A DNA stretch of 64,000 bases, taken from contig MNCI01002704.1 of NCBI GenBank assembly GCA_015680685.1, positions 174,701 through 238,700 of the forward strand. The letters run 5' to 3'. The number at the start of each line of letters is the position of its first letter. The first letter of the stretch is position 1. A model generated the notes under the pieces. The model ran no database searches, was not told where the DNA came from, and saw nothing but the letters and a program-made list of their open reading frames with translations. This DNA comes from Gnetum montanum. Lineage: Eukaryota > Plantae > Gnetophyta. Below, in pieces: positions 13,440 through 24,240 of this stretch. Made by a program: the position numbers and the translations under genes.

Positions 13440-13875
13440 TCATGGGGTTCCCGGTAGTGGTGGCTCCTCCATGGGTGCCTTTCCTTTGTCCTATGCATCA
13501 AGATTCTGAGATTTATACTATTGAAGAAGCACCTGATGTTTTCTCCTCTTCTATGTAAGGGCTATGAGCTGTCCATGCTGATGTTCCAATGTTTGATGGA
13601 GTCGACACTTTTCATGGACACGACAGCTGCGGGAATACTTGATTGGCCTTAACATGCCATGCCACAAATAATCATCATTCCTCTTCATAGGCTCAGGCCC
13701 TGACCTATCCTCCCTTTGCTTGGATATATTATGCAGTAACAAGGGTTTCATGATGGATGCTAAATGATTGCCTCCTGCTCTGCATGTTTTGCATGAGGTC
13801 CTTGGCCTCTGCCTCCCCCAGGTCATTCGGTTGCACCTTGAGAAGGTCCTCCTTGTTGTCTTCTTTTAGGGCCAT
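13440..13875 (-). pseudogene. Short degenerate 3' accessory (env-like position) ORF of the Athila element
   Basis: Preceded by a T-rich ...TATAG| acceptor-like site. Begins with a frameshifted MAPKRRQQGGPSQG-like segment and ends ...DKGKAPMEEPPLPGTP*. The in-frame stops in the C-terminal part are TAG, consistent with CAG decay. Confidence 0.4.
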
Positions 13876-15264
13876 CTATAATCACACAAAGATCAATTGT
13901 TAGTAAGGTTATTGAAAAATTTCAATGATTTCATACCTTACTCATTACCTTTAATAAATACTGAATTCTTTACTTAGTGTGATTTTAAAGTTAGAAATTT
14001 TTCAAGGAAGTTGCCCTAAAAGTTTAATGTCGAACCTGGTTTTGAGGAATGTTTGATAAAATAATGACAAAGGAAATAATATATTTGGAAATGAAATACT
14101 TGGAGGGTATAAGATGATGTGGTGGCATGCAACAAGTACAAATTACAAAAGTCACACAAGTGGATCCTCCCCAAAGTAGGTTCCAACTTATATGCCCTTG
14201 CGTAACCACACCTTAAGATGTCCATAAGCACTAGAAGGGTTAAATGTAATCTATACAGATGCAACAAAACACACATATGTTGATACCACCGTGATGAGGT
14301 ATGAATTCAATGCTATACAAGACATGAGTCACAAATACATAAACAGCGAGATGGAATGAATCAGAGAAGGGATTGTAGAGATTGGGACGTGAGGTAACTG
14401 ACCCAGGGTACAATGAATCCTGTGTGTAAAGCATGATCAATGTGTCATTAACCCATCATTGCAAGATCAGGACCAATTCCATTCCTCTAATCAGTGACAT
14501 CACATTGTTTCATCCCATGATGAACAACTATGAGAGTACCACAACAACAAGGTGTATGATCAGTTGGCGTTTTGTTCAAGGTAGGAGTGACTTTTGTTTT
14601 GTGGCACTTTTTTTTCTTCTTCTCTATTTTTTTTCTTTTTCTCTTTTTTTTTCTCTCTTTTTTTTTATTAGGTACCTTTAATACTCTTACCCCCCCCTTT
14701 TTTTTAGATCTATAAGGATCTTAGTACAACCAAGCTGCATGATAACTCCCATGGATGTCACCATAAATAATCCACAAGTTCCCTTGATGTCACACCCTGG
14801 CCATTCCCTCTTGGTCCATAATTTTTCACTCTAGGCACAATGAACACCAAATTATTTTTAAGTTTTAACAATGCCAAGAATATCATTGTACCCTCGAATA
14901 GAACCTCTTATTTGTAGAATGGATGAGTGGGTGTAATGGGCTCACTGTCCAAATAATTGATCGCACGAAACTTGATAACATAGAACACACCTCAACCACT
15001 GAGTCACATGAGTGTTTTATTCGTAGATGAGATTACTCATAAAAAGATAAAAATACAAAAAGACAAAACAATAAATTAAATGGTGAAAAACTAGAAAACA
15101 AAAAGTTGAAAAATTAAAGAAACAGAAAAACATTTATTAATTTTGTGATGTTAGAATGGAGGATAGCCCCCATAACTAAATGATTGAGCATGGCTAGAAT
15201 TAATAAATGGAAGGTGGGGATCCTTGCATGTTGGAAATATTGGGACCTCGTCATACTTACCCCA

Positions 15265-17148
15265 TTAGGGTTCACACACTTGATTAGAGTTGACATAGTG
15301 GGGCAAGTTATAAGATGTGCTTAATTTATAAGGAGTTGACCCACTATGGTACTTGTGACCGTAAGATGGTATGAAAGGGTCAACATGTCTCCCCATGCAG
15401 CAATATTCATTTGGACCCATGGTGGTTGAAGTGTTGATTGGTGGCCTAGATAGACTAACATGAGGCGTTGGGTCCAAAGAGGAAGATGCACCACAACGTT
15501 GGATTTGTGCTGAGTTGGCAGATGCAGTGGTTTTTGAATTGTGGTGTTCCTTTCGATGGTCATGTCTAAAGAAGGGACACCTTCGACATTGTGAAGGACC
15601 TCTACTACTATTGATAGTAGCAGCGCAAGTAATGCTTGTAGGTTGGTGCTGTGATGCAAAATCTTCTAGCAGAGCTGGCAGTGATGTAGAATGGGATGAA
15701 GCATGAGAATATTAAGGTTGAGGAGAACTGTAAGGCAAATGAGGTGGTGATATTGTTGGAGGGGACATGGGTGGATAGTACTTGGGAGAATGATAGTGAT
15801 GAGGTGAGGTAGAGGATGCTGATCCCGTTGGAGAAACAAGGTGTTGAATAGAATAAGCATTTGGCATTGGGACATATGAAGCGTATCGTCCAGTTGGCGG
15901 TGGCCTCCCCAACAACTGAGGTTTTTGCCACTATGGTTGGACACAATATTTTTGTATGAACTCTCGATGTAACATTCCTCCCCAACACTCATGTAAATGT
16001 GACAAGATTGGACATTGACCTTTGGGGTGATCGTACAAGAAAATATTACATTGATATGTATGATTGGCAGTTGAGTTCTTATCCTTATTCTCTTCTACCC
16101 TTTGTTTTTATTGTCATGTGGTGTCCTGTCCTGTTTCTCAATTTCGCATAGTTTTTCCTGAAATAATGTTGGCATATTCTCCACATATTTCATGTACCCA
16201 GTTTGTCATCTTATTGATCTTTGCCTCCATTTCATCTAGTGATTGTAGGATTGGCAAATATAATTCCACCTCCTCGAAGTGAGTTGATTTCTCCTCTTCA
16301 TGATCGTGGACCCTTGTTGAGTTAAGATTTTGGTCCTGTTGAGAACTTTCAACATTCTCCCATTTGGCTATTTCTCCTTCTTCTTTTGCTATCCACTTAA
16401 TAAGCTCTTGGAGTTGATAGGTTCATAGCTCATATAGTTGACCTTGGTTGTACATCCCTAGGGTCTCCCTCATTTCATTACAGAGCCCATCAATGATATG
16501 GTACATTAGCCTTTCCTCGAAGAACCCATGGCCTGGGCAGTTGTTTGACAATGCATAATATCTTTCTAAGGCCATGCCCAAGGGTTCATGTTGCGCTTGT
16601 TTCCATTCTTGGATTTGTCTCCTCAAGGTTGACACTCTCGCATAAGTTTGATATTTTTCATTGAAGACTTCTACCATTATTGATGAACGTCATATTGAAT
16701 TTGGTTTTAATGATCTATACCATACTTTTGCTTGGTCAATGAGTGTCAAAGGAAAGAGCTTAAGCCTTTTCCACCCATTATCAATATTGTTCCATGTACA
16801 GGCATCGTAGAAGGCTTGTAAATTTTGTTGCTGATCTGAATCATAGCCTCCTGAAAACTTGGGAAAGTTATTTAAATCAAGCATGGGTAGACAACTTTTC
16901 TTATGATGCCTACAGGCTATTTGAACAGCCTCCTATATTTCCGTTAAGCTTGTAGTGGCCAGTAGGGGTTCATCATCATCGAGTAAGTTATGCTCTCGTG
17001 CATTGGGATGATGTTGTCTTTGTTTACATTTATAAGAAACCTCCACCTTGGGTTGCGTACTCCAATCTTCATTGTCATAATATTCGTTGGTTCTCCAATG
17101 AATTACTCTACTAGTTGTTGCATTGTCATAGTCTTGTGAGAGAGACAT
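15265..17148 (-). pseudogene. gag: Athila-type gag with a Cys/His motif and a long Pro/Ser/His-rich tail
   Basis: FPKFSGGYDSD...LKLFPLTLIDQAKVWYRSLKPNSI and LRRQIQEWKQAQHEPLGMALERYYALSNNCPGHGF (Retrotrans_gag-like), then CNIFLYDHPKGQCP. The same frame continues through ORFs 15712-15915 and 15265-15477. Confidence 0.85.
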
Positions 17149-17271
17149 GGTTGTAAGGTTGTGTGTGAATTTATATGTGACTTTTATAATTACTTTTTCT
17201 TCCTAAGAGATATATCGTTAAGTCCTATACAATGACCTTGTATGATATAACTAATCTAGATAACTAGCACC

Positions 17272-17290
17272 ATCCCCGGCAACAGCGCCA
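17272..17290 (-). promoter_or_regulatory. Primer binding site (tRNA-Asp type, Athila)
   Basis: Minus strand TGGCGCTGTTGCCGGGGAT one base from the 5' LTR; matches the Athila PBS TGGCGCCGTTGCCGGGGA with one mismatch. Confidence 0.88.
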
Positions 17291-17291
17291 A

Positions 17292-18202
17292 TGATGAGCG
17301 GCTAGGTATCCCTACACTCAACCATACGAATCCAGTAGAACTCCGCGGACAGGCTAGTTGTGGTATCTAGATAGTTACACATTGATCACAGTTCACTATC
17401 TTTACCCCTGGACTAGTATTTTCTTTGTCATGTATGGTTTAGTCCAGAGTGAGGCGTATGATGTGATCCTACACTACTACTACTCCTAGAGACAATGGAG
17501 AATAATCTTGATTAAACTAATGAGTAATAGGAAATGAGTCTAAGCTAACCTAAGTGCCATGAGCATCCACTCCTTAATCATCCATACACATCTTGGACCT
17601 TGTGCATGACTACTACTGGGATTACCAAGTGTAGATCCTAGGTACGCTACTAGGTTACCAAGTGTAGATCCTAGGTACGCTACTAGGTTACTAAGTAGTC
17701 ACACTTAAATGCTCGTGATTAAGTCATACTCATTCCGCATTTAACAATAGGAATAGTAAATGACGATAAAGAAATATTAACTAAGAAAGCAATAAATATT
17801 AACTAAGAAACAAATAAATAACAAAAAAATTAATAATAATAATTAAATAATTAAAAATAAGTGAATGCTGCAATGATGAAGTAATCTCGATCTTTATTTC
17901 TAGTCATGTGCACGTCCAAGTACATCACAAACGAATAAAGGTTCTGTACAATTACAAGCATCACACTGCAGGCATGCACTGGGAAAATATTCTAACTCCT
18001 ATGGAAACAAACTAAAAGAGTCTAGCTACAAATGATAAAAGGATGCCTAAATGAGGTAGAGGGCCCTCTTATTTATAGGCCAGGATAGGTGGCTGTGTAA
18101 ATGGGGCCTCGTCAATATAGCAAGGCTGCGTCGACGGGGCCACGTCGACGCGGCCACGTATACGTGGCCGCGTCAATGCATCGACTTAATGACACTTCAT
18201 CA
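17292..18202 (-). mobile_element. 5' LTR of the Athila element (911 bp)
   Basis: Pairs with 12383-13269; has an extra 33-bp tandem unit (17648-17680) and a CpG-rich U3 palindrome. Confidence 0.93.
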
Positions 18203-18207
18203 CCTAC

Positions 18208-18600
18208 ATTAGCATACCACCTACATTAATGTAGGGGTGCTATCACATCCTCTACCTAGTCCTAACTAATGCTTCATACATGAATTATTACTCTGGATGT
18301 CTAGTATGGCATCAATAAGCCTCCATTTACATCTAGTTGCTAACGAACACTCTTCATTTCAATGAAAAAACTATAAATATTAAAGGAGAGTTCTTATATA
18401 ATAAAAAATTTTATTCAATAATTTTCTTAGACTTTTAGTATTCAATTTGTGTGAAGAGCTTTTCCTCCATTGGTTTAGTTAATTTCCTTCACTAATTATA
18501 TGTATTTTAAGTCATCTCTTTTACAAGTATGGCTAGACTATGTTAGAGTGCTACCTTTCTTACATACCCTAGGATCTATTGGTTAATGTGGAGTCCAATG
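18208..18600 (-). mobile_element. Possible LINE endonuclease remnant, right part
   Basis: Minus-strand fragments SLAILVK, CKWRLIDAIL and LGLGRGC loosely match APE endonuclease motifs in the expected order before ADHFPI. Confidence 0.3.
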
Positions 18601-18639
18601 TTTGTAGAATTAGTAAAGCTTATGAATTTTTCTCAGTCT

Positions 18640-21600
18640 TAATGATGATACCTTAAACCTTTAAAATATTAAAAATATTATAAATGCTTAAAATACTAAA
18701 AATATTTATTTAAATCTTGTTTTCATAAGCTACTAAAACTTAACCTTACCCAAGGAGGTTACAACTATATGAAAGAGTGTTGGGCCATAGAGGTTATGAA
18801 TTAGAGATATTTTATGCATTTTGTATGCTGAACTAATTTGTAATTATCTTTCTGAACTAATTTTCTCTAGAATGTTATCTGCAATGGGCTTTCTCTACAC
18901 ATGGTGATCTTTGTTGGGGGGGCGGTTGGGGGTGTGGGTGTGGTGGTGGGGTTGGGGTGTGTGTGTGTAGGAGGAGGTAGGAGGGAAGGCTATGAACTCT
19001 TAGATTTTACACTGATCTAAAAGTTTGATGTTTGGCCAAATGAAAAATGATCAAAAAGTCCTTAAAATGATGAATATTTTTATTAAATAGGCCAATAATT
19101 TGCTAATTCTTTGCTAACTTGATTTTGGCTAATTTTTGACATTCCATTTAACATTTTTAATGCTTTTAGTGGCCAAAATCTAGAACATGTGGCATACCAA
19201 CGTTTTTGACTTTTTGGGCCTAAAATACCAATGTATATGATACTTTACACTACTTATAAATGAATGTATGGACCACAAATGTGTGAAGATTTTCCTAAGA
19301 AATTTGGTGATGTATTTGAGCTACCTTCATGGCCCAAATTATAATGTGTGCCACCAACATTTTGTAATGTATTTAACATTTTTGCCTCCACATGTTAGCA
19401 TAAATAAAATTCACAATTGTGGACTATAAATTTCATTTTACACATAAAAAATTGTTCAAAATGTTACTTGAACAAGAATAGAGGGTAGGGTTTTTTATGG
19501 GAAAATAAGACAATTATTTTTACCTTTAAATTTCCATCAAATCAAAATGTTAATTTTTCTTCAAGGATTTTTTTCTGTTACATGAATTTTCTTTGAGGTG
19601 TTTCATTGGTACTTTTTTGTTAATGTTTAGAGGATTGACCTAAGAGACATCAACAAAAAATGTGAAACACCACCACAAGTTCATCACCTATGTTCCACAT
19701 GTGATTCCATAGCTATCAAATCATGCTAAGGAGTAGTCATGATGGTGAAATAAGGTCATGATGGGATGTTAATAGTTTGAGGTGAGATCATGACTATATT
19801 GGTTATGGAAGAATGGTCACATTTATTAACAAGTAATTCCAAATGTTGACATCATGGCTATGACATGATGGAAACATGTTTTACTTGGTAAGAAGGTGTT
19901 TATGCTTGAATTTCTAAAATTTTTGGTTGGTTATTCAATGATGTTCGTATAAACTAGAACTTTGTTCTTAAACATTTTTGGTCATTTGGCTCTTTCCTTT
20001 TGTTTTAGAGCCATTTGTTTCACCTTAGGCTACATTGGCCTTTTGGCTTTCTTGGTAATTTTCTTCCCTCCCTATTTTTGTAGGGGCGAAATCTTCATTG
20101 GGTTTTATTACCAAAGATGAATTTTTTTTCTTATTAAAGGAGATGTGTTACATTTAATAAACTTGATGGAAGAACATGTCGAAGAAGATGTCACATGGCC
20201 ATGGTGCATGAATGTCAGAAATAGGTTTTCGTTGTTAGTAAGGTAAGGAGGGTTACAAATTGGCCATGGGATTATGGCTTAAGAAGGGTAAGAAAGATGA
20301 TGTAAGGTAATCACTATTGATAATATTGAACAAGCTAACCAAATCTTATGCATCAAGGTCTTGTGGTAACTCACTGCTATAATGAGTCATATCTTTACAA
20401 TGACTTTATGGTCATCCTACAAATACAACTCCAATATGATAAGAAAAGAAGTTAAAGAATATATATGATTACAAAATATTGCATAAGGCCACATGGGATA
20501 ATAGGCAAATATAGGTCACCATTGGTTAAAAGTAGTTGAACATGAAATATTTCTATCTTGTTTAATAGATAGAAATTTTGAGATGCCAGAAGAGATAAGA
20601 GGTCATGTATGCTTGCTTGTTATAGGCTATGAGGTACATCAATGCTAAGCAGTTATTTAATTTTACAAACAAAAACTAGCCACATTAAAAGTAATCATGT
20701 TAACATTAGATGTAATTAAGACCATGTGATGGTTTTCATGTTTCCATGCAAGGTTTTGATGATGTCTTGAGAAAATCAAGGTTCAAGTGTGAAACTTAGT
20801 TGTTGGTGTTTTCTCCTCAATATTATGGTTTGAAATGGGGAATTTGACTAATGAATCCTTTGTGATGTTTCTGGCTTCAAGATCAACAACAATCAGGCTA
20901 CTTTAGTGTATTAAGGGTACATGGTTTAAAGGCTTCCAAGCTCTAAGTTTAGGCATTCAAGATCAACTTGGTTGAATCATATCACCTAAAGGATCTACTA
21001 ATGTTCAAAAGCTAATTTGAATTTCTTCCTCATCTTCCTAGCTCAATCCTACATGCCAATCCTATATTTTTGTTAATCGATGTTAAAGTAATGCAAAAAC
21101 ACTATAATAACAAAGCAAAATAAGAAAAGGCTAAAACATAGTAAATCAAGATTAAACAAGGTAAAATAAGCTCACTAAAACTTAAAATGATGTTAAAACA
21201 AAGTAAAATGTAACAAACAGGGTTAAAAAAAGTTTAAAATAATATTAATTAATGATATTTATTTTTAAGGTTATTTTATGATTAAAATAAGATAAAACCT
21301 AGTGAAAAAGGATCATAGATTGCTAATGCAAGTAGAAATATGTTAAAAATAGATTATAAATTATTAAAATAAGTAAAAATTTAGAAAAAAAATCATAAAT
21401 TGCTAAAGTAAGCAAAAATCTAGTACAAAGGCCATACATTTTTTAAAAAACTAAAAATATATAAAAAAAATAGCAAAAATTTTCATGTAAAGTACTAGAA
21501 TTGGTAAACATTTAGTAAAAATCATTAAAATAGTAAAAAATATTATGTAAATTGGTTATAAGCTAATAGAAAAAGTATTTTTTGTGATTAACAAATTTTA

Positions 21601-22166
21601 AAAAGCTAAAAATTGATTGATCTAGCATATGGAGCTAGAATTCCCAATGTGTCGGCACTTCATGGCATAATTCCAACATGTAGCATTTGCATCCTCAACT
21701 TGTGAGTGGTTTAGATAGGGTTTTAGGCTTGTGGAACCCAACAGGGTAGCTTGTGATCACTTTGGATCTAGCCTTTTGCATGTGGAACCCATCCTGGTAG
21801 CATTTGAGTAGTTTTGGACCTACAAATTAGTGATATAGATTCCAAACATTGGCCCATGTAATACCATGATATATGAGGCATGGTACCCCAACATGTGAGA
21901 ATTGTATGCAAGTTCATGAGAGGTTTCCAAGTTTTTTGGCTTTTCTAGGCTCTTATGATAGTTTCTAGGGTTTAGGAGTGAGATTTTGAGTTTTTGGTAC
22001 TATTTGGACAAAGTATGAGTGGTATTAACCAGGAATAGGCTTATTTTTGTTCACATGTTAGCTTACATGTTGGTACATGGTTTTTCAGTGTGTGAGATTT
22101 TAGATGCTATCTTGTAAGGGTTTTGACAAGGGTTCTTTGGATACTATAGTATTTTATGGTAATGTC
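18640..22166 (-). mobile_element. Diverged, internally deleted relative (copy H) of the Tat/Ogre-like family: spacer, first ~330 bp of the pol exon, 3'UTR, 3' LTR
   Basis: LTR start TGAAACACC on minus at 19605. 19606-20460 is colinear with 40558-41420. 20720-21048 reads VDLEARNITKDSLVKFPISNHNIEEKT (cf. LDLEASNINKDSLVEVLIITHNGEEKT in copy B). Acceptor CATGTAG|GAT at 21055-21046. Left LTR boundary uncertain. Confidence 0.65.
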
Positions 22167-22465
22167 TGTTGACCTTTTTGTGTGTCAAAACATTAACAAA
22201 AATAGAATCAAAATTTTTTTGTATGGTTGTGTGGTTGTTTTATTTGTAGTACAAAGTACATGGGAAACCAAGATGAGAAGACAAGGACTGAATTGATGAG
22301 ATCAAAGGAAAAGGTCATCCACAAGGTCTCAATTGAACATGTAATAATTCAAAGAATGTGGATATTGAACAAATAAATTACAAGAAAAGTTAACATCCTT
22401 GGAGCATGTGGAAATGCAAGATAGTGGACAAGAAATGAAGAAATCAAACTGCAAAGGAAGCAAAG

Positions 22466-22700
22466 AAAGATATCTCCAAGAAATAGTAGACGTCTTGGTA
22501 GAATTAAAGGTAGAATAGGCAAAGATGTCTCTACAAAACATTAGATATCTTTTATCAGATAAAGATGTATTTCACCAGACAAAGAGGTCTTCCCAGAATG
22601 AAGGCTAGTTACAAAAAGATGTCTTTTACCAAACTAAGATGTCTTCCTAGAATGGAGGCTAGATGCAAAAAGACATCTTAGCCATGAAGAATATGTCTTC
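22466..22700. repeat. Array of about 10 palindromic AAGACGTCTT-derived motifs in the copia LTR U3
   Basis: Variants AGACGTCTT, AAGATGTCTT, AAGACATCTT, AGATATCTT and AAGAGGTCTT spaced ~20-35 bp apart. Confidence 0.75.
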
Positions 22701-23520
22701 CATGATCGTTAACTACCCATTGCATGATTTTCAATATGAATTTTGAAACATAGTGGCTATAAGAAGACATCATTCTTATTGGGAAATGTATAAGATTTTG
22801 TATAATCATTGTGTAATCATTTGATAATCATTATAATCATTGTTGCTTCTCATTGTATTATCTTTTGTCTCTTGTAAAGTGGGCTATACCTCAAGTACAA
22901 GGATTAGAAAACTTAGTTACATTCATCCCTTGTAATTATTATTCTCATTTATTTACCTATAGGGTTGATGTGCTTCTTACAAGAAGGCATCTTGCTTGAG
23001 ATTTTCGAGATCCTATGTAAGTGAGTGTTGGTATAGAGCCACAACACTTTGGAGTAGAGCTCAAGTTTGTAATGGTTGTGGGATCCTAGAAACCACATAC
23101 TAAGCTTGCCAAGACCTTACTGGGTTAAGTGGATTCATAGTGTTAAATCACTTTGAAGAGGATTTTAGAGCTTGTACAGGGTGTGATACACTTCAAACCA
23201 CATTTGAGAGCAACGAAGTATAAAGGTGTGCTTGCGAACTACCTTCTGAGTGTGGACTACTCAAGTTGGGGAACCACATTAAATTTTATGTTTTTTCTTT
23301 GTCCCAAATAAACTTATTCATTGCACCAGGCAACCCACCNNNNNNNNNNNNNNNNNNNNNNNNNNNNNNNNNNNNNNNNNNNNNNNNNNNNNNNNNNNNN
23401 NNNNNNNNNNNNNNNNNNNNNNNNNNNNNNNNNNNNNNNNNNNNNNNNNNNNNNNNNNNNNNNNNNNNNNNNNNNNNNNNNNNNNNNNNNNNNNNNNNNN
23501 NNNNNNNNNNNNNNNNNNNN

Positions 23521-24240
23521 ATCTATTGTCAAACAATCTAAATTGTTAGTTTTTCAAAGGTAATATGATAAATACAAAATGAGAGAATGTGAAAAAAAAA
23601 ATAAAAGATTACTTCTTTAGAGTAAATAATATTGTTATAACTATTAGAGGTACAAGTAAAGGTTTGTCCAAGAGTGATGTCATCATCAAAATGATCAAAC
23701 CTCTTCAATTAGAGTTGAGACCAAAGGTCATAGCTATGGAAGAGATCAGAGATTTCTCCACTCTAAAATTTGAGGAACTTCAAAGTGCTCTCATCACCTA
23801 TAAAATGAATCTCATAAGTGAATAAGCCATCCAAGAAAGACCAATTACTCTAAAGACTATCTCCAAGGGAGAAGGAGATCAATAAGCATGAAGAAGGTAG
23901 TGAAGATGAGATTGCCTTTCTCTTAAGAAAGCTACAATGTTTGTTAACAAGAAGACATAACGAAGCATTTTAGCAAAGACCCAATATATTTAAAGGTAGA
24001 GAAAGAGGTAAAATATTTTTGAATTCTAACTTAGATTTATATTCTATAGAATGTTGGATTTGTGGAGGAAGAGGCCATATGGCCTCCAAATGTCTTGGTG
24101 ATAGTAGGGTTTAGCCAAAGAATAGATCCAATGATGAAGAATCAAAAAAGACCAACTTTTATACAAGTTGAGATGATGGTGAGTAGAGTGAAGAAGAAGC
24201 ATGAAATTCTTCCAAAGATTGATACTTCAAATTCATGGTG
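23521..24240 (+). pseudogene. gag: Copia gag (UBN2/Retrotran_gag_2-like) with CCHC zinc knuckle
   Basis: IKDYFFRVNNIVITIRG...PKVIAMEEIRDFSTLKFEELQSALITYKM; ECWICGGRGHMASKC at ~24049-24093. Confidence 0.85.

Larger units (their letters stand above)
12383..18202 (-). mobile_element. Complete non-autonomous Athila-lineage gypsy element (5820 bp): LTR-PBS-gag-(no pol)-short env-like remnant-PPT-LTR
   Basis: Paired LTRs TGATGAG...TTCATCA, identical 5-bp TSD CCTAC (12378-12382 and 18203-18207), tRNA-Asp-type PBS, PPT next to the 3' LTR. Confidence 0.93.

Noticed and set aside
15321-15992. Several overlapping minus-strand ORFs suggesting dual coding
   Set aside because: Low-complexity C/A-rich composition reduces stop frequency; only the Pro/Ser-rich frame is continuous with gag.
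23266-23563. Long ORFs spanning N-runs (also 38855-39133, 46188-46743, 54304-54934)
   Set aside because: Artefacts of assembly gaps at 23340-23520, 38865-38930, 46255-46619 and 54395-54868.
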